IMG/VR virus record: IMGVR_UViG_3300044210_000063 | DNA: 52,244 bases | Source: a virus | Strand: one strand, 5' to 3' | In this document: in pieces, positions 20,262 to 29,093 of the stretch | Layout of the letters: the number at the start of each line of letters is the position of its first letter | Position numbering within the stretch: position 1 is the stretch's first letter | Notes under the pieces: generated by a model | What the model saw: the letters and a program-made list of their open reading frames with translations, nothing else | What the model was told of the DNA's origin: nothing | The model's database searches: none | Position numbers and translations under genes: made by a program

Positions 20262-20891
20262 TTGGTTGAGATTCGTACTGAAATGCAGGAATGGATCCGA
20301 CGGCGCGTTGATGAAGTACGTAGTCGGTACACAGCGTATGACTGTTTGGTAGAACACGGGCATAGCGAACAACTAGCGGATCCAGATACAGCAGTTCAGA
20401 TGTTCTGCCCAGTTCATTCCAACGTCAATACGATGGCGGCTCGGTATTATCCCTCAACCGGAAATAGGCCCGCGCACGTGCATTGTTGGAGTTGCCGGGA
20501 GAGCTGGGATGGGATCGCTCTCTACATGAAGTTCACGAATCAGCGGTTCATGGATGCACTTGTGGCACTTGAACGACGGCTGGGCGTGAAGGTTCCTAAG
20601 CGTCCTGATCCACCACCAATAGCAGATCCAGTCCAGCGTACATCCGGATATATATCCGAGCGATGGAGTGACATTGCGGCAGTGCTTTCCATCATGGAAG
20701 GTAAACTCAGTAGAGTCAGAGACAAATGTGCTATGAGTGATTATGTGAAGTTCTGTAGAGTCATAGATGCTGTGACTTTTGACTTCGACAAAACACACAT
20801 AGCAACCGAGGAAATGGCTCGGGCCCTGGCTAGAACAATGGTTCTCATGGATGAGGCTATGATTTATCCTGATTTCGGACTTGAGATATAA
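20262..20891 (+). CDS. hypothetical protein (209 aa)
   Basis: TTG start in the ORF track; Cys/His cluster HVHCWSCRESW; no family recognised. Confidence 0.5.
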   Translation: MVEIRTEMQEWIRRRVDEVRSRYTAYDCLVEHGHSEQLADPDTAVQMFCPVHSNVNTMAARYYPSTGNRPAHVHCWSCRESWDGIALYMKFTNQRFMDALVALERRLGVKVPKRPDPPPIADPVQRTSGYISERWSDIAAVLSIMEGKLSRVRDKCAMSDYVKFCRVIDAVTFDFDKTHIATEEMARALARTMVLMDEAMIYPDFGLEI

Positions 20892-20915
20892 CATGCAACT
20901 GGAGGAATACTTTTA

Positions 20916-21419
20916 GTGAGGCCGAAGCGTCGAAAGACAGAAGTTTCGGCTGTGCCGCTGTTTGAACCTATAGTTCCAGTGGAATATGAGCTCACGCTGT
21001 CCGACGGACAGCGTATGGCAATATCCGAGCTTGACACTGAATTAATACCAGCGGTGCATCTAGTTAGGGGGGCGCTGGAATCTTTTATTTCCAGATGTGC
21101 TTCTCTTACTCGGTTTGAGGTCGAAGAGGCAAAGCGTGGATATGACAAGATGCTGCGACAGGCACTGCGCTCTCCGATGGCTGGACTTGCCCGGGCTGAA
21201 CCACCGGTATGTAGGCTACGTGAAGAGTGCATCATGTTTAGTGCGCAGAAATGCACACTTCGGAATAGCTCGATCAAAGGTGGTTCATTTCCGTTCTGCT
21301 GGGAATATGATGCTTCCAGGGCGTTAGGGCCGTTACAGGGGGCTGCGATAGCTTTAGGAACCGCACTTGGACAGGCCTGGCGGATAGGTAGGTATGTAGT
21401 TCTAATCAAGGCTAAGTGA
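20916..21419 (+). CDS. hypothetical protein (167 aa)
   Basis: ORF with GGAGGAATA upstream; no family recognised. Confidence 0.5.
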   Translation: MRPKRRKTEVSAVPLFEPIVPVEYELTLSDGQRMAISELDTELIPAVHLVRGALESFISRCASLTRFEVEEAKRGYDKMLRQALRSPMAGLARAEPPVCRLREECIMFSAQKCTLRNSSIKGGSFPFCWEYDASRALGPLQGAAIALGTALGQAWRIGRYVVLIKAK

Positions 21420-21616
21420 TGTTTGGAGAGAAGATAATTGATAAGCAGCTGTTGAGCAATCGGATTTCCATGTCTTCTTCTGGGAGCGCCGTAAGGGCAG
21501 TAGATTTTAATCTAGCCTATTGGTGCTCTCGGTGCGGACAGGCGATCTTTTATAGTATCGAGCATGATCAAAAAGACTGCGACCTTGGTGTGATAGTATT
21601 TGTGACAGAAGCATAG
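21416..21616 (+). CDS. small hypothetical protein (66 aa, CxxC pair)
   Basis: Fills the gap before the convergent dnaJ gene; weak support. Confidence 0.3.
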   Translation: MMFGEKIIDKQLLSNRISMSSSGSAVRAVDFNLAYWCSRCGQAIFYSIEHDQKDCDLGVIVFVTEA

Positions 21617-21617
21617 C

Positions 21618-22658
21618 TTATTGTGTTCGGGTCTCGAGCTCTTCCACGAGTTCGTCCAGCAGCTTCTTCGCACGGGAAGTCATCGTTTTTGGTAATGCCA
21701 CTGTGATCACAATGCGTACATCTCCGCACTGACCGCCCGTGGTGGGGCGTACTCCCTGGCCTGAGATGCACATTTCGTCGCCTGGTTGTGTACCAGGTGG
21801 GATCTCGATGGTAAGACCTCGTCCATTAGGTAGCGATACTTCGAGCGGGCCTCCGATAATCGCGTGTTGTAGACTAACACATCTGGTTGTAATAAGGTCT
21901 TGGCCAAGTCGTGACCATGCAGAGTGGTTCGATGCTTCACGAATTTTCACTGTAATATAAAGATTTCCAGGTGGCTGTCCTGGAACGCCCATTCCTGCAA
22001 GACGTAATCTGGTACCATCGACGATGCCAACCGGCACTGTGACTATGACTTCGCGTTCGAACTTACACATTCCGGTACCATTGCATGACTGGCATGACTT
22101 TGTTCTTTGTTTGAAGCTATCACATAATGCGCATATCTTAGCATTATGACCATAACCTCCACAGGTATTACACGTTGTTGCTTGGCCACCAAACATACGG
22201 CCAGTTCCAGCACATTGTAAACAACGAATTTTCTTGTTCGATTGTACCTGCATTTGTTTTTTACAACCGGTGACCGATTCCTCAACAGTAATGTTGAGCT
22301 GGGCTTCTATATCATCGTCAGTCTGTGTCACTGGGCGGGCGGAATAGTTATTACGCCTGCGAAACATATCAGCAATCGGATCTCTATGTCGAAACACAGT
22401 GTCGAACAGATCGTCTTGAAGTCCCCAAAATTTTCGGGATTCATGTATGGCATTCGTTCTATCGAATATATGCCGTTTACCTGGATCAGTTAGAAGAAGA
22501 TAGGCTTCTTGCGCTTCTTTGAATCGTTTTTCTGCATCAGGATCATCCGGATTTCTGTCTGGGTGATGCTTTATTGCAGCCTGCCGCCAGGCACGTTTGA
22601 CTTCCTCGTTAGAAGCACCTCGGCTGATACCGAGCACTTCATATGGGTCCTTAGTCAT
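21618..22658 (-). CDS. dnaJ: DnaJ (Hsp40) type I co-chaperone: J-domain, CxxCxGxG zinc finger, C-terminal domains
   Basis: N-terminus DPYEVLGISRGAS...HPDRNP...KRFKEAQEAYLLLTD. Zinc-finger repeats CLQCAGTG, CNTCGGYG, CQSCNGTG. C-terminal beta domains. Confidence 0.9.
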   Translation of the reverse strand: MTKDPYEVLGISRGASNEEVKRAWRQAAIKHHPDRNPDDPDAEKRFKEAQEAYLLLTDPGKRHIFDRTNAIHESRKFWGLQDDLFDTVFRHRDPIADMFRRRNNYSARPVTQTDDDIEAQLNITVEESVTGCKKQMQVQSNKKIRCLQCAGTGRMFGGQATTCNTCGGYGHNAKICALCDSFKQRTKSCQSCNGTGMCKFEREVIVTVPVGIVDGTRLRLAGMGVPGQPPGNLYITVKIREASNHSAWSRLGQDLITTRCVSLQHAIIGGPLEVSLPNGRGLTIEIPPGTQPGDEMCISGQGVRPTTGGQCGDVRIVITVALPKTMTSRAKKLLDELVEELETRTQ

Positions 22659-22695
22659 AAGGTGATGGTACAGCCTATCGGTAGAAACTTCCGAC

Positions 22696-24150
22696 TTGGG
22701 TTTGGTGTATTATCAAAATACAATAGTGAGATTTGAGACTGGTTCACCGTATCATGGTTTCGTATACCAGGGGCCTCCGATAGACATAGGTCCGAGGGCT
22801 ATGCGGAAACTGCTATTCAGATGCCAGTGTGGCAAGGATAAGGAACTATATATCGGGGCAATTACCAAGGGAATGCAAAAAACATGCGGGGACTGCCGGA
22901 AGGTATGGGTGCGTCCGGGTGATCAATATCACCGGTTCATTTATGCAGGAGAAGCCTCATATCTGGCTCCCAACAGCTCTAAAAAGGCATTGTTCAAATG
23001 CCAATGCGGCAAGGTCAAATCAATCAGAATAAACAGTGTTACTAAAGAGCAAACTACCAGATGCGGCGCGTGCAACTTAGTGAAGCTTGATCCGGAGGAT
23101 CAATATTATTCTTTTGTCTATATAGGAGAACCAATACGAGTTCACGCGCATGGTACTTCTCGGCTGATGTTTCGGTGTCGATGCGGTAAGACTGTCACAT
23201 TGCGTATGAACGAGGTGACTTCTGGCCATCGAGTTTCGTGCGGGCACTGCAATGATTTTGTGCTGGACTATGGTGATAAATATTGTGGGTTCGTGTATGC
23301 GGGCAAACGAATTATAGTTTCGCCACGTAGCCACCAGCAACTCGATTTCAGGTGTAAATGCGGCACTATCAAGAAGATCAAGCTATGGGAGATATCTGAC
23401 GGAATAACTCGCACTTGCGGTCGTTGTAGCTATATTCAGTTGGATCCAGGCCAGTCATACTGTGGGTTCGTATATATCGGAAAACCAATCTGGCTCAGTA
23501 AATGGAGCCACCAACGGCTTTTGTTCCGGTGTAAATGTGGACAGCCCAAAAGCATCATGTTGTCGAGTTTGACGTCCGGCAATACAAAGACATGCGGTGC
23601 ATGTCGTGGAACAGTATATGAATGGTATGTTAAGAATCGTGAAATGTTGGAAGCTATGCGTGCTCCAATTACTTTGGATAGTCTGCCTCAAGGTGGAGTA
23701 ATATTCACTTCACCTATTACGAACATCGCTAAATCTACGCCTGCAATCTGTCCGGCATGCGGTGCATCTTACAAGCCAAGATTTAGCGATGTTCGTCGTG
23801 GACGATCACTGACTTGTGGGTGTGTATATAATAGAATATCATCCTATAACTATGAGATTGCTAGTCTTGTAGCTTCAGTCGGGTTCAGAGTCATGATGGA
23901 GTTTAAGCTTGGCAAGTATTCATATGATATACATGTGGAAGAGACCCCCATCCTTATTGAATATGATGGAAAGAAATGGCATGATACGCAATATGCTGCC
24001 GATCTTGATCTGCGCAAGTCAAAATTGGCAGCTGAGCATGGATATGAATTGATTCGGATTACAGAGGCTGATTGGCGGGACCATCCCGCAGAAACACAGA
24101 CTCATATTTTAAAGGTACTGTCACAGTATGCTGCTCCAACAACTGGATGA
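22696..24150 (+). CDS. paralog A of a mobile-looking family: 5 tandem Cys4 zinc-ribbon modules + Zn-ribbon + Vsr/DUF559-like PD-(D/E)xK endonuclease domain
   Basis: Five ~60-aa repeats F(R/K)CxCG-x12-VT(S/K)G-x3-(T/S)CGxC-...-FVY(A/I)G. Then CPACG...LTCGC and YDIHVEETPILIEYDGKKWHD...DLRKSKL...GYELIRI. Its 3' end overlaps the polA start by 23 nt. Confidence 0.8.
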   Translation: MGLVYYQNTIVRFETGSPYHGFVYQGPPIDIGPRAMRKLLFRCQCGKDKELYIGAITKGMQKTCGDCRKVWVRPGDQYHRFIYAGEASYLAPNSSKKALFKCQCGKVKSIRINSVTKEQTTRCGACNLVKLDPEDQYYSFVYIGEPIRVHAHGTSRLMFRCRCGKTVTLRMNEVTSGHRVSCGHCNDFVLDYGDKYCGFVYAGKRIIVSPRSHQQLDFRCKCGTIKKIKLWEISDGITRTCGRCSYIQLDPGQSYCGFVYIGKPIWLSKWSHQRLLFRCKCGQPKSIMLSSLTSGNTKTCGACRGTVYEWYVKNREMLEAMRAPITLDSLPQGGVIFTSPITNIAKSTPAICPACGASYKPRFSDVRRGRSLTCGCVYNRISSYNYEIASLVASVGFRVMMEFKLGKYSYDIHVEETPILIEYDGKKWHDTQYAADLDLRKSKLAAEHGYELIRITEADWRDHPAETQTHILKVLSQYAAPTTG

Positions 24151-26989
24151 CCGTAAGGACATCATCCGAGATTGGATGGTGGATTATAAATTCCACCTAG
24201 TTCAGACCGTTCTTCAGCTGAAGAAGCTGGTGGATTATTGCATACAACGAGGACTTTATGCCCTCGATCTCGAGACTACTGGAGTTGACAATCGAGTCTA
24301 CCAAGACGAATATTTTGAAGACGGTATCATAACTCGTCATGGTATAAGGACCATTGATAGAGTGGTTGGGGTCTGTCTATCATTCGACGGGACAAATGGA
24401 TATTATGTCCCGCTTTCTCATGAACCGGACGATTCTGGAAATTTGCCATGGGATGAATCTTGGGATGAGATCCAGAGGTTGGTGTGGAGCCAAGCACGTG
24501 CAATCTTCCATAATGCTAAGTTTGACTGCGAGTTCCTTTACCCTCTGACAAATAAGGACTTCTGGAAGAAGAATGAATATGAGGATACCTATCTTATGTC
24601 TAAGGTATCCTCACCGCTTAAAAGCCAGCCCAACGGTCTTAAGCCTCTATCCAAATTGCACTTCGGCATTGATATGATTGAGTTAGACGATCTTTTCTGT
24701 CCGGAGATGAAGATCCAACTCAAGCGTGAGAAGCAAGGATATAACTTTGGAGTACTTCATCCGCGAGAAGGTCTTGAATATGGGTGCTCAGACGGTATTT
24801 TTACTTATAAGTTATATTCAGTCCTGCGTGAAAAATTATCAGACACTGATCTACCTATTTACGATTTAGAAAAATCTTTCTGCAACATATTGCGTAAGTT
24901 AGAACGTAACCAGGTGCATGTTGATGTGGAGCGCCTAAATCAACTTGAGGTTGAGTGTCGCGCGGAATTGCAGCGTGTCGGTGATGTCATTCGTGGGATG
25001 ATTGAGAAGCGTAGTCATAACACTGGTAAATGGCTGACGCTCAATGTTGGATCTGTTCAGCAGTTATCATCAGCACTTATTACAGATCCTGAGGGTCTGA
25101 AGCTCAAGCCGACAGCAGAGATGATCGCAGAGGCAGGAGGAACTGGCGAATGGGATAGCGGCGGCGGTGGTGGTGGTGGTGGTGACGATGACGATGAAGA
25201 TGGGGATGAGGAGGAGAAAAAGAAATACTCGTTGAAAGATGAAGCTCTGAAATCTTTGCATCGAGCATATGCTGATCGTCTATCGGTGCAACGCCCTGGT
25301 GTTGTAGACAAAGATGGAAAACCAAAGCTAGATAGTCTTTTTGAACTCGTACTTGAATACCGACATTACGAGAAGATGCTCGGGTCGTTTTTAACAAAGT
25401 TATCGCGAGCTGTAGATCGGTATGGGAATGTACGACCAAATTTCAACCAAATGGGGACAGATACCGCGAGACTCTCGTCAAGGGCTGGCAAGATTGAGGA
25501 TGGATATTCTGGTATCAATTTTCAAGGAATCCCACGGGATTCCGATGAGGATAAACCAGAATTATTCAAGCAAATCAGGACGGTAATAATTCCGCGCGAT
25601 GGTTGGATACTGGTAAAGCTTGACTTCGCTGGCGAGGAACTTCGTGTTGTTACTAATCTTTCGGGTGATCCGATCTGGACAGATTCATTCTTGAACAAAG
25701 ATGGTGACGTGCATTCAATTACAGCACGTACACTGTTCGGCAAGGATGAAGTTAATAAAGACGAGCGTAATCGCGGTAAACGCTGCAATTTCGCGTTTAT
25801 TTATGGTGGGGGTGCAGGCGCGATTCAGCGCAACGTTGGTTGTTCCATTGAAGACGCCGGTAGGCACATGGAGAATCTGCGACAGGCTGTACCCGTGCTA
25901 ATGGGGTATGTTGATCATCAGAAGAGATTCGCGCATAAACATAAGTGCATTTTTACAGCTTATGGTCGGCGTGTTCCCATTCCAATGATAGATTCGCCAA
26001 TACGCGCCTTGCGTTCTAAGGCGGAGCGGTGCGCTATTAATTACACAATCCAGTCAACCTCTGCAGACGTCTTGAAATACGCAATGTGTTTTGTTGATAA
26101 GAACATCCGGGCTCTAGGCTGGGAGGACCGGGTTCGATATGTGCTAACCGTACATGATGAGGTTGTATATGAGGTTCGACCGGAATACCTCATGGAGATT
26201 GTACGTAAGCTTGATGAATGGATGACCTTTCCATGGAAGCTTCCGAAGCCACATGGCCGCGACTGGGTGGTGCCGCTTCTCACCGAGCCCGGGATTGATT
26301 GTAACTGGAAGGCTCGCTATGACTATTTCGAGATGGTGGACGGCACGCCAGTGAAGCCATCGGAGATTGGCCCAGATGGGGAGTACAAGGGTAAGCTCAA
26401 GAAGGGCCGCTACTTTGCCGATGGGCGCATCTACCAGGAGCCTCCGGACTTCCTGAAGCCGTGGATCCACCGCCTTCGGCCCCTTTCGGCCGGTCCTGAG
26501 CCTGCTCTTCCGTCCCATGAATCGCTTCCGGCTGAGCCCGGAGCCGCTGTCTTGCCTGATTTGCCGCCTTCCAAACCCGCAGAACACGGCTCATCTGGTC
26601 CGATCGATGAAGCCCCGCTCAGTAAACTCTTGCCAGCGGAGCCTATCCTTGGCTCCCTGAGCACTCTGTCGCTCTCCACGGATCCGCCCCCGCCGCTCCC
26701 CCCGCCGCTCCCCCCGCCGCTCCCCCCGCCGGCCTCTCCGCAGCCAAAAAAGGTGCAGGACAATGCCGTTACGAATACTTCGGGTGAGACCGTCTTACGC
26801 TGGACCATCCGGTCCGTGCTGAACGACATGGCGATTCGCAAGCTCAAGGCCGCGTGCCTGTTAGCACCGGGCAACATGTCGTTGCGCGTGGTACTGCCCG
26901 ATGGTAGCGTCCTCATTCAGGAGAAGAGCATGCCGTTGGTCGACAAGGATTGCTTTCTCTCGTATGCACGCTTATTGGGTATCGGGTGA
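24128..26989 (+). CDS. polA: family-A DNA polymerase with N-terminal 3'-5' proofreading exonuclease, acidic/poly-Gly insertion and Pro-rich C-terminal extension
   Basis: Exo I YALDLETTG. Motif B RGKRCNFAFIYGGGAGAI. Motif C LTVHDEVVYEV. Insertion DSGGGGGGGGDDDDEDGDEEEKKK. About 270 aa follow motif C, including (PPLP)x3. Confidence 0.9.
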   Translation: MLLQQLDDRKDIIRDWMVDYKFHLVQTVLQLKKLVDYCIQRGLYALDLETTGVDNRVYQDEYFEDGIITRHGIRTIDRVVGVCLSFDGTNGYYVPLSHEPDDSGNLPWDESWDEIQRLVWSQARAIFHNAKFDCEFLYPLTNKDFWKKNEYEDTYLMSKVSSPLKSQPNGLKPLSKLHFGIDMIELDDLFCPEMKIQLKREKQGYNFGVLHPREGLEYGCSDGIFTYKLYSVLREKLSDTDLPIYDLEKSFCNILRKLERNQVHVDVERLNQLEVECRAELQRVGDVIRGMIEKRSHNTGKWLTLNVGSVQQLSSALITDPEGLKLKPTAEMIAEAGGTGEWDSGGGGGGGGDDDDEDGDEEEKKKYSLKDEALKSLHRAYADRLSVQRPGVVDKDGKPKLDSLFELVLEYRHYEKMLGSFLTKLSRAVDRYGNVRPNFNQMGTDTARLSSRAGKIEDGYSGINFQGIPRDSDEDKPELFKQIRTVIIPRDGWILVKLDFAGEELRVVTNLSGDPIWTDSFLNKDGDVHSITARTLFGKDEVNKDERNRGKRCNFAFIYGGGAGAIQRNVGCSIEDAGRHMENLRQAVPVLMGYVDHQKRFAHKHKCIFTAYGRRVPIPMIDSPIRALRSKAERCAINYTIQSTSADVLKYAMCFVDKNIRALGWEDRVRYVLTVHDEVVYEVRPEYLMEIVRKLDEWMTFPWKLPKPHGRDWVVPLLTEPGIDCNWKARYDYFEMVDGTPVKPSEIGPDGEYKGKLKKGRYFADGRIYQEPPDFLKPWIHRLRPLSAGPEPALPSHESLPAEPGAAVLPDLPPSKPAEHGSSGPIDEAPLSKLLPAEPILGSLSTLSLSTDPPPPLPPPLPPPLPPPASPQPKKVQDNAVTNTSGETVLRWTIRSVLNDMAIRKLKAACLLAPGNMSLRVVLPDGSVLIQEKSMPLVDKDCFLSYARLLGIG
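26690..26725 (+). repeat. 12-bp x3 repeat CCGCCGCTCCCC encoding (PPLP)3 in the polA C-terminal extension
   Basis: Seen directly, in frame. Confidence 0.8.
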
Positions 26990-28767
26990 AGCTGTTCGTT
27001 GTTAAAGGGGATAGGGCAGGGAGCCTGACATATGCGGGTGACAGGTCGGAGCTTAGCACGTGCAGCCTTAAGAAAGACCTGTTCCGGTGCGCATGCGGCA
27101 CGGTGAAACTTTTCCGTACTGCATATGCATACTCTGGCAGGAGCAAGACTTGCGGCGAGTGCCATGCACGGCCCGCCGAATGGTGGGATCGCAAGTTCGG
27201 CAGTCTCAGGCTGGCTGTTCCAGTCAAACTTCACGAGTTTTCAAACAAAAGAAAAGATTTTCGGTGCGACTGCGGCAGAGTATTGGCGCTCAGAGTAAGC
27301 CATGTTACGTCCGGACTGCAGCGGACGTGCGGCTGCTGCCAGCTCATGGGAGCGTCTTGGTGGGAAGCCAGCGTCTTCGGCCAGCTCCGGTTGGCTGTTC
27401 CTGAGGATTTGCACGTTGGGTCCAATCAAAAGAAACAATTCCTCTGCAGTTGCGGGCGAGTCAAACGGCTGCCGGTATATGCAGTGGTCGCGGGCCGCGT
27501 GAAGACCTGCGGCGAGTGTAATGTGAAACCCGCCGAATGGTGGAAAGGCAGAGTATTCGGTCGCCTATCAATAAACCAGCCCGAGCCACTGACTTTTGGA
27601 TCCCATGAACGCCGCATGTTCCAGTGCGGCTGCGGGAATCAGTGCATAGCACGGGTGAACTTGGTTACAAGCGGCAAAAAGCTGTCCTGCGGGAGGTGTC
27701 GGGACCAGGTGCATGGTTGGTACCAAGACAACCTTTCCAAGTTGGCTGCTATGCGGTTCCCCATAGCTCCGCAGGACATGCCGATCGGCGGTCCGAGGCC
27801 GCTGGAAACGATTTTAAACAGAAGGAGCCCGTTCCGGGCTGTGTGCCCCATATGTCAGTCCGAGTATGCGCCTCGGTGGGAGTTTATCAAGAGAGGAATA
27901 TCACTTACATGTGGATGTGCTGGCGGGGTCTCGTCGACCCAGAATCGGGAGGTGGCCGGGTTCATCCGTCAGCTTGGGGTTGATCTAGTTACGGAATATC
28001 CGGTCGGGAACAAGCGGTTCGACATATTCGTGCCGTCCTGCAATCTATTGATTGAGTTGCAAGGGTTGCACTGGCATTCCCAGATCGGAGCGCGGCAGCG
28101 AGACCGAGAGAAGTATGGGGTGGCTGTACAGGCTGGGTATCAGTTCATGGCCTTCTTTGAAGATGAGTGGAGACATGCGCCGGAGAAGGTGAAGGCTTTG
28201 ATTCACAACCGGCTGGGTTTAGTTCACAGCATCAAGCTGCGTCCCCCTCAGTGCGGGATCCACCCGGTCCCCTCACCGGAGGCCGATCCCTTTTACGACA
28301 GGTTCCACTACATAGGGCCCTGCAGGCCCAAGGTCTCCTATGGGGCTTTTCTCCGGGATCGCCTGGTGGCTTGTATCTCCTTCTCCCACCCGACCAGGCA
28401 GTCCAGGCACCCATGGGAATTGGTAAGGATGGCTTCAGATCCGGAGTATAGGGTCCATGGGATCTGGAGCAAGCTTCTGAAGATTTTCTGCACTGAGTAC
28501 AGACCGGAATCCATAGTCTCGTTCTCGGATAACCGCCTTTTTTCAGGTGGAGTCTATGAAAGAATAGGCTTCTCCTACGATGGGGACGTTCCTCCGGATT
28601 ACTACTGGGTGAAGGGACAACGCAGGTTCCACAAGTCCGGCCTCAGGAAGAAGGGAGAGGAGAGGGTTTCCGGGCTCACCGAGGCCCAGCTCAGAGAAGC
28701 TCAGGGGTACCGGAAGATATGGGACCTTGGGAAGAAGAGATGGGTTTTTCGTTGGGCTGACGATTAG
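26950..28767 (+). CDS. paralog B: 4 zinc-ribbon modules + Vsr-like nuclease + C-terminal GNAT-like domain
   Basis: Repeats FRCACG...TCGEC etc. RFDIFVPSCNLLIELQGLHWHS. C-terminus LVRMASDPEYRVHGIWSKLL...FSDNRLFSGGVYERIGF resembles GNAT motifs A/B. The whole gene is GC-rich relative to the background. Start uncertain; the ORF-track TTG overlaps polA by 40 nt. Confidence 0.8.
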   Translation: MLSLVCTLIGYRVKLFVVKGDRAGSLTYAGDRSELSTCSLKKDLFRCACGTVKLFRTAYAYSGRSKTCGECHARPAEWWDRKFGSLRLAVPVKLHEFSNKRKDFRCDCGRVLALRVSHVTSGLQRTCGCCQLMGASWWEASVFGQLRLAVPEDLHVGSNQKKQFLCSCGRVKRLPVYAVVAGRVKTCGECNVKPAEWWKGRVFGRLSINQPEPLTFGSHERRMFQCGCGNQCIARVNLVTSGKKLSCGRCRDQVHGWYQDNLSKLAAMRFPIAPQDMPIGGPRPLETILNRRSPFRAVCPICQSEYAPRWEFIKRGISLTCGCAGGVSSTQNREVAGFIRQLGVDLVTEYPVGNKRFDIFVPSCNLLIELQGLHWHSQIGARQRDREKYGVAVQAGYQFMAFFEDEWRHAPEKVKALIHNRLGLVHSIKLRPPQCGIHPVPSPEADPFYDRFHYIGPCRPKVSYGAFLRDRLVACISFSHPTRQSRHPWELVRMASDPEYRVHGIWSKLLKIFCTEYRPESIVSFSDNRLFSGGVYERIGFSYDGDVPPDYYWVKGQRRFHKSGLRKKGEERVSGLTEAQLREAQGYRKIWDLGKKRWVFRWADD

Positions 28768-29048
28768 CCGTGGCTCTGCCCGGTGCCTGGGCGGACAGTC
28801 GTGGCTGCCTCCAGCTGGCGCTCGAAGTCATTAGCCGCTTGTTCATATCCAGCCGCTGCTGCTACTAGTACGGCCAGACCGTGCTGCACTATAGCTTGTT
28901 GTTCCTCATCCAAACTTTTGCTCAGTAGCAGATGTCGCTCACGAACAATAAGGTCGTGTATCCCCTCGCAAATTTGCCGGGCTCCAAGCCCCTTTGCCAC
29001 AAGCAGAATGTCGCATTTCAGTTCTTCAGGCAGTTCGAACTCATTCAT
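28764..29048 (-). CDS. small hypothetical protein (94 aa)
   Basis: Occupies the gap between paralog B and the dCTP deaminase. The alternative + strand reading here is low-complexity and not credible. Confidence 0.4.
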   Translation of the reverse strand: MNEFELPEELKCDILLVAKGLGARQICEGIHDLIVRERHLLLSKSLDEEQQAIVQHGLAVLVAAAAGYEQAANDFERQLEAATTVRPGTGQSHG

Positions 29049-29093
29049 TAATTATAAGACACAGTACTTTTCGAGAGTGGGTGTAAAGTTGGA

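Noticed and set aside
24128-26989. Group I/II intron or second intein in polA or recA, common in phages
   Set aside because: Both reading frames are uninterrupted and all conserved motifs are contiguous. No stops or untranslatable inserts are seen.
28783-29093. About 100-aa N-terminal extension of the dCTP deaminase ORF in the track
   Set aside because: The Ala/Ser/Cys-rich low-complexity translation overlaps a plausible antisense ORF, and a proper ATG at 29094 gives a canonical-length Dcd. The long form is treated as an ORF-caller artifact.
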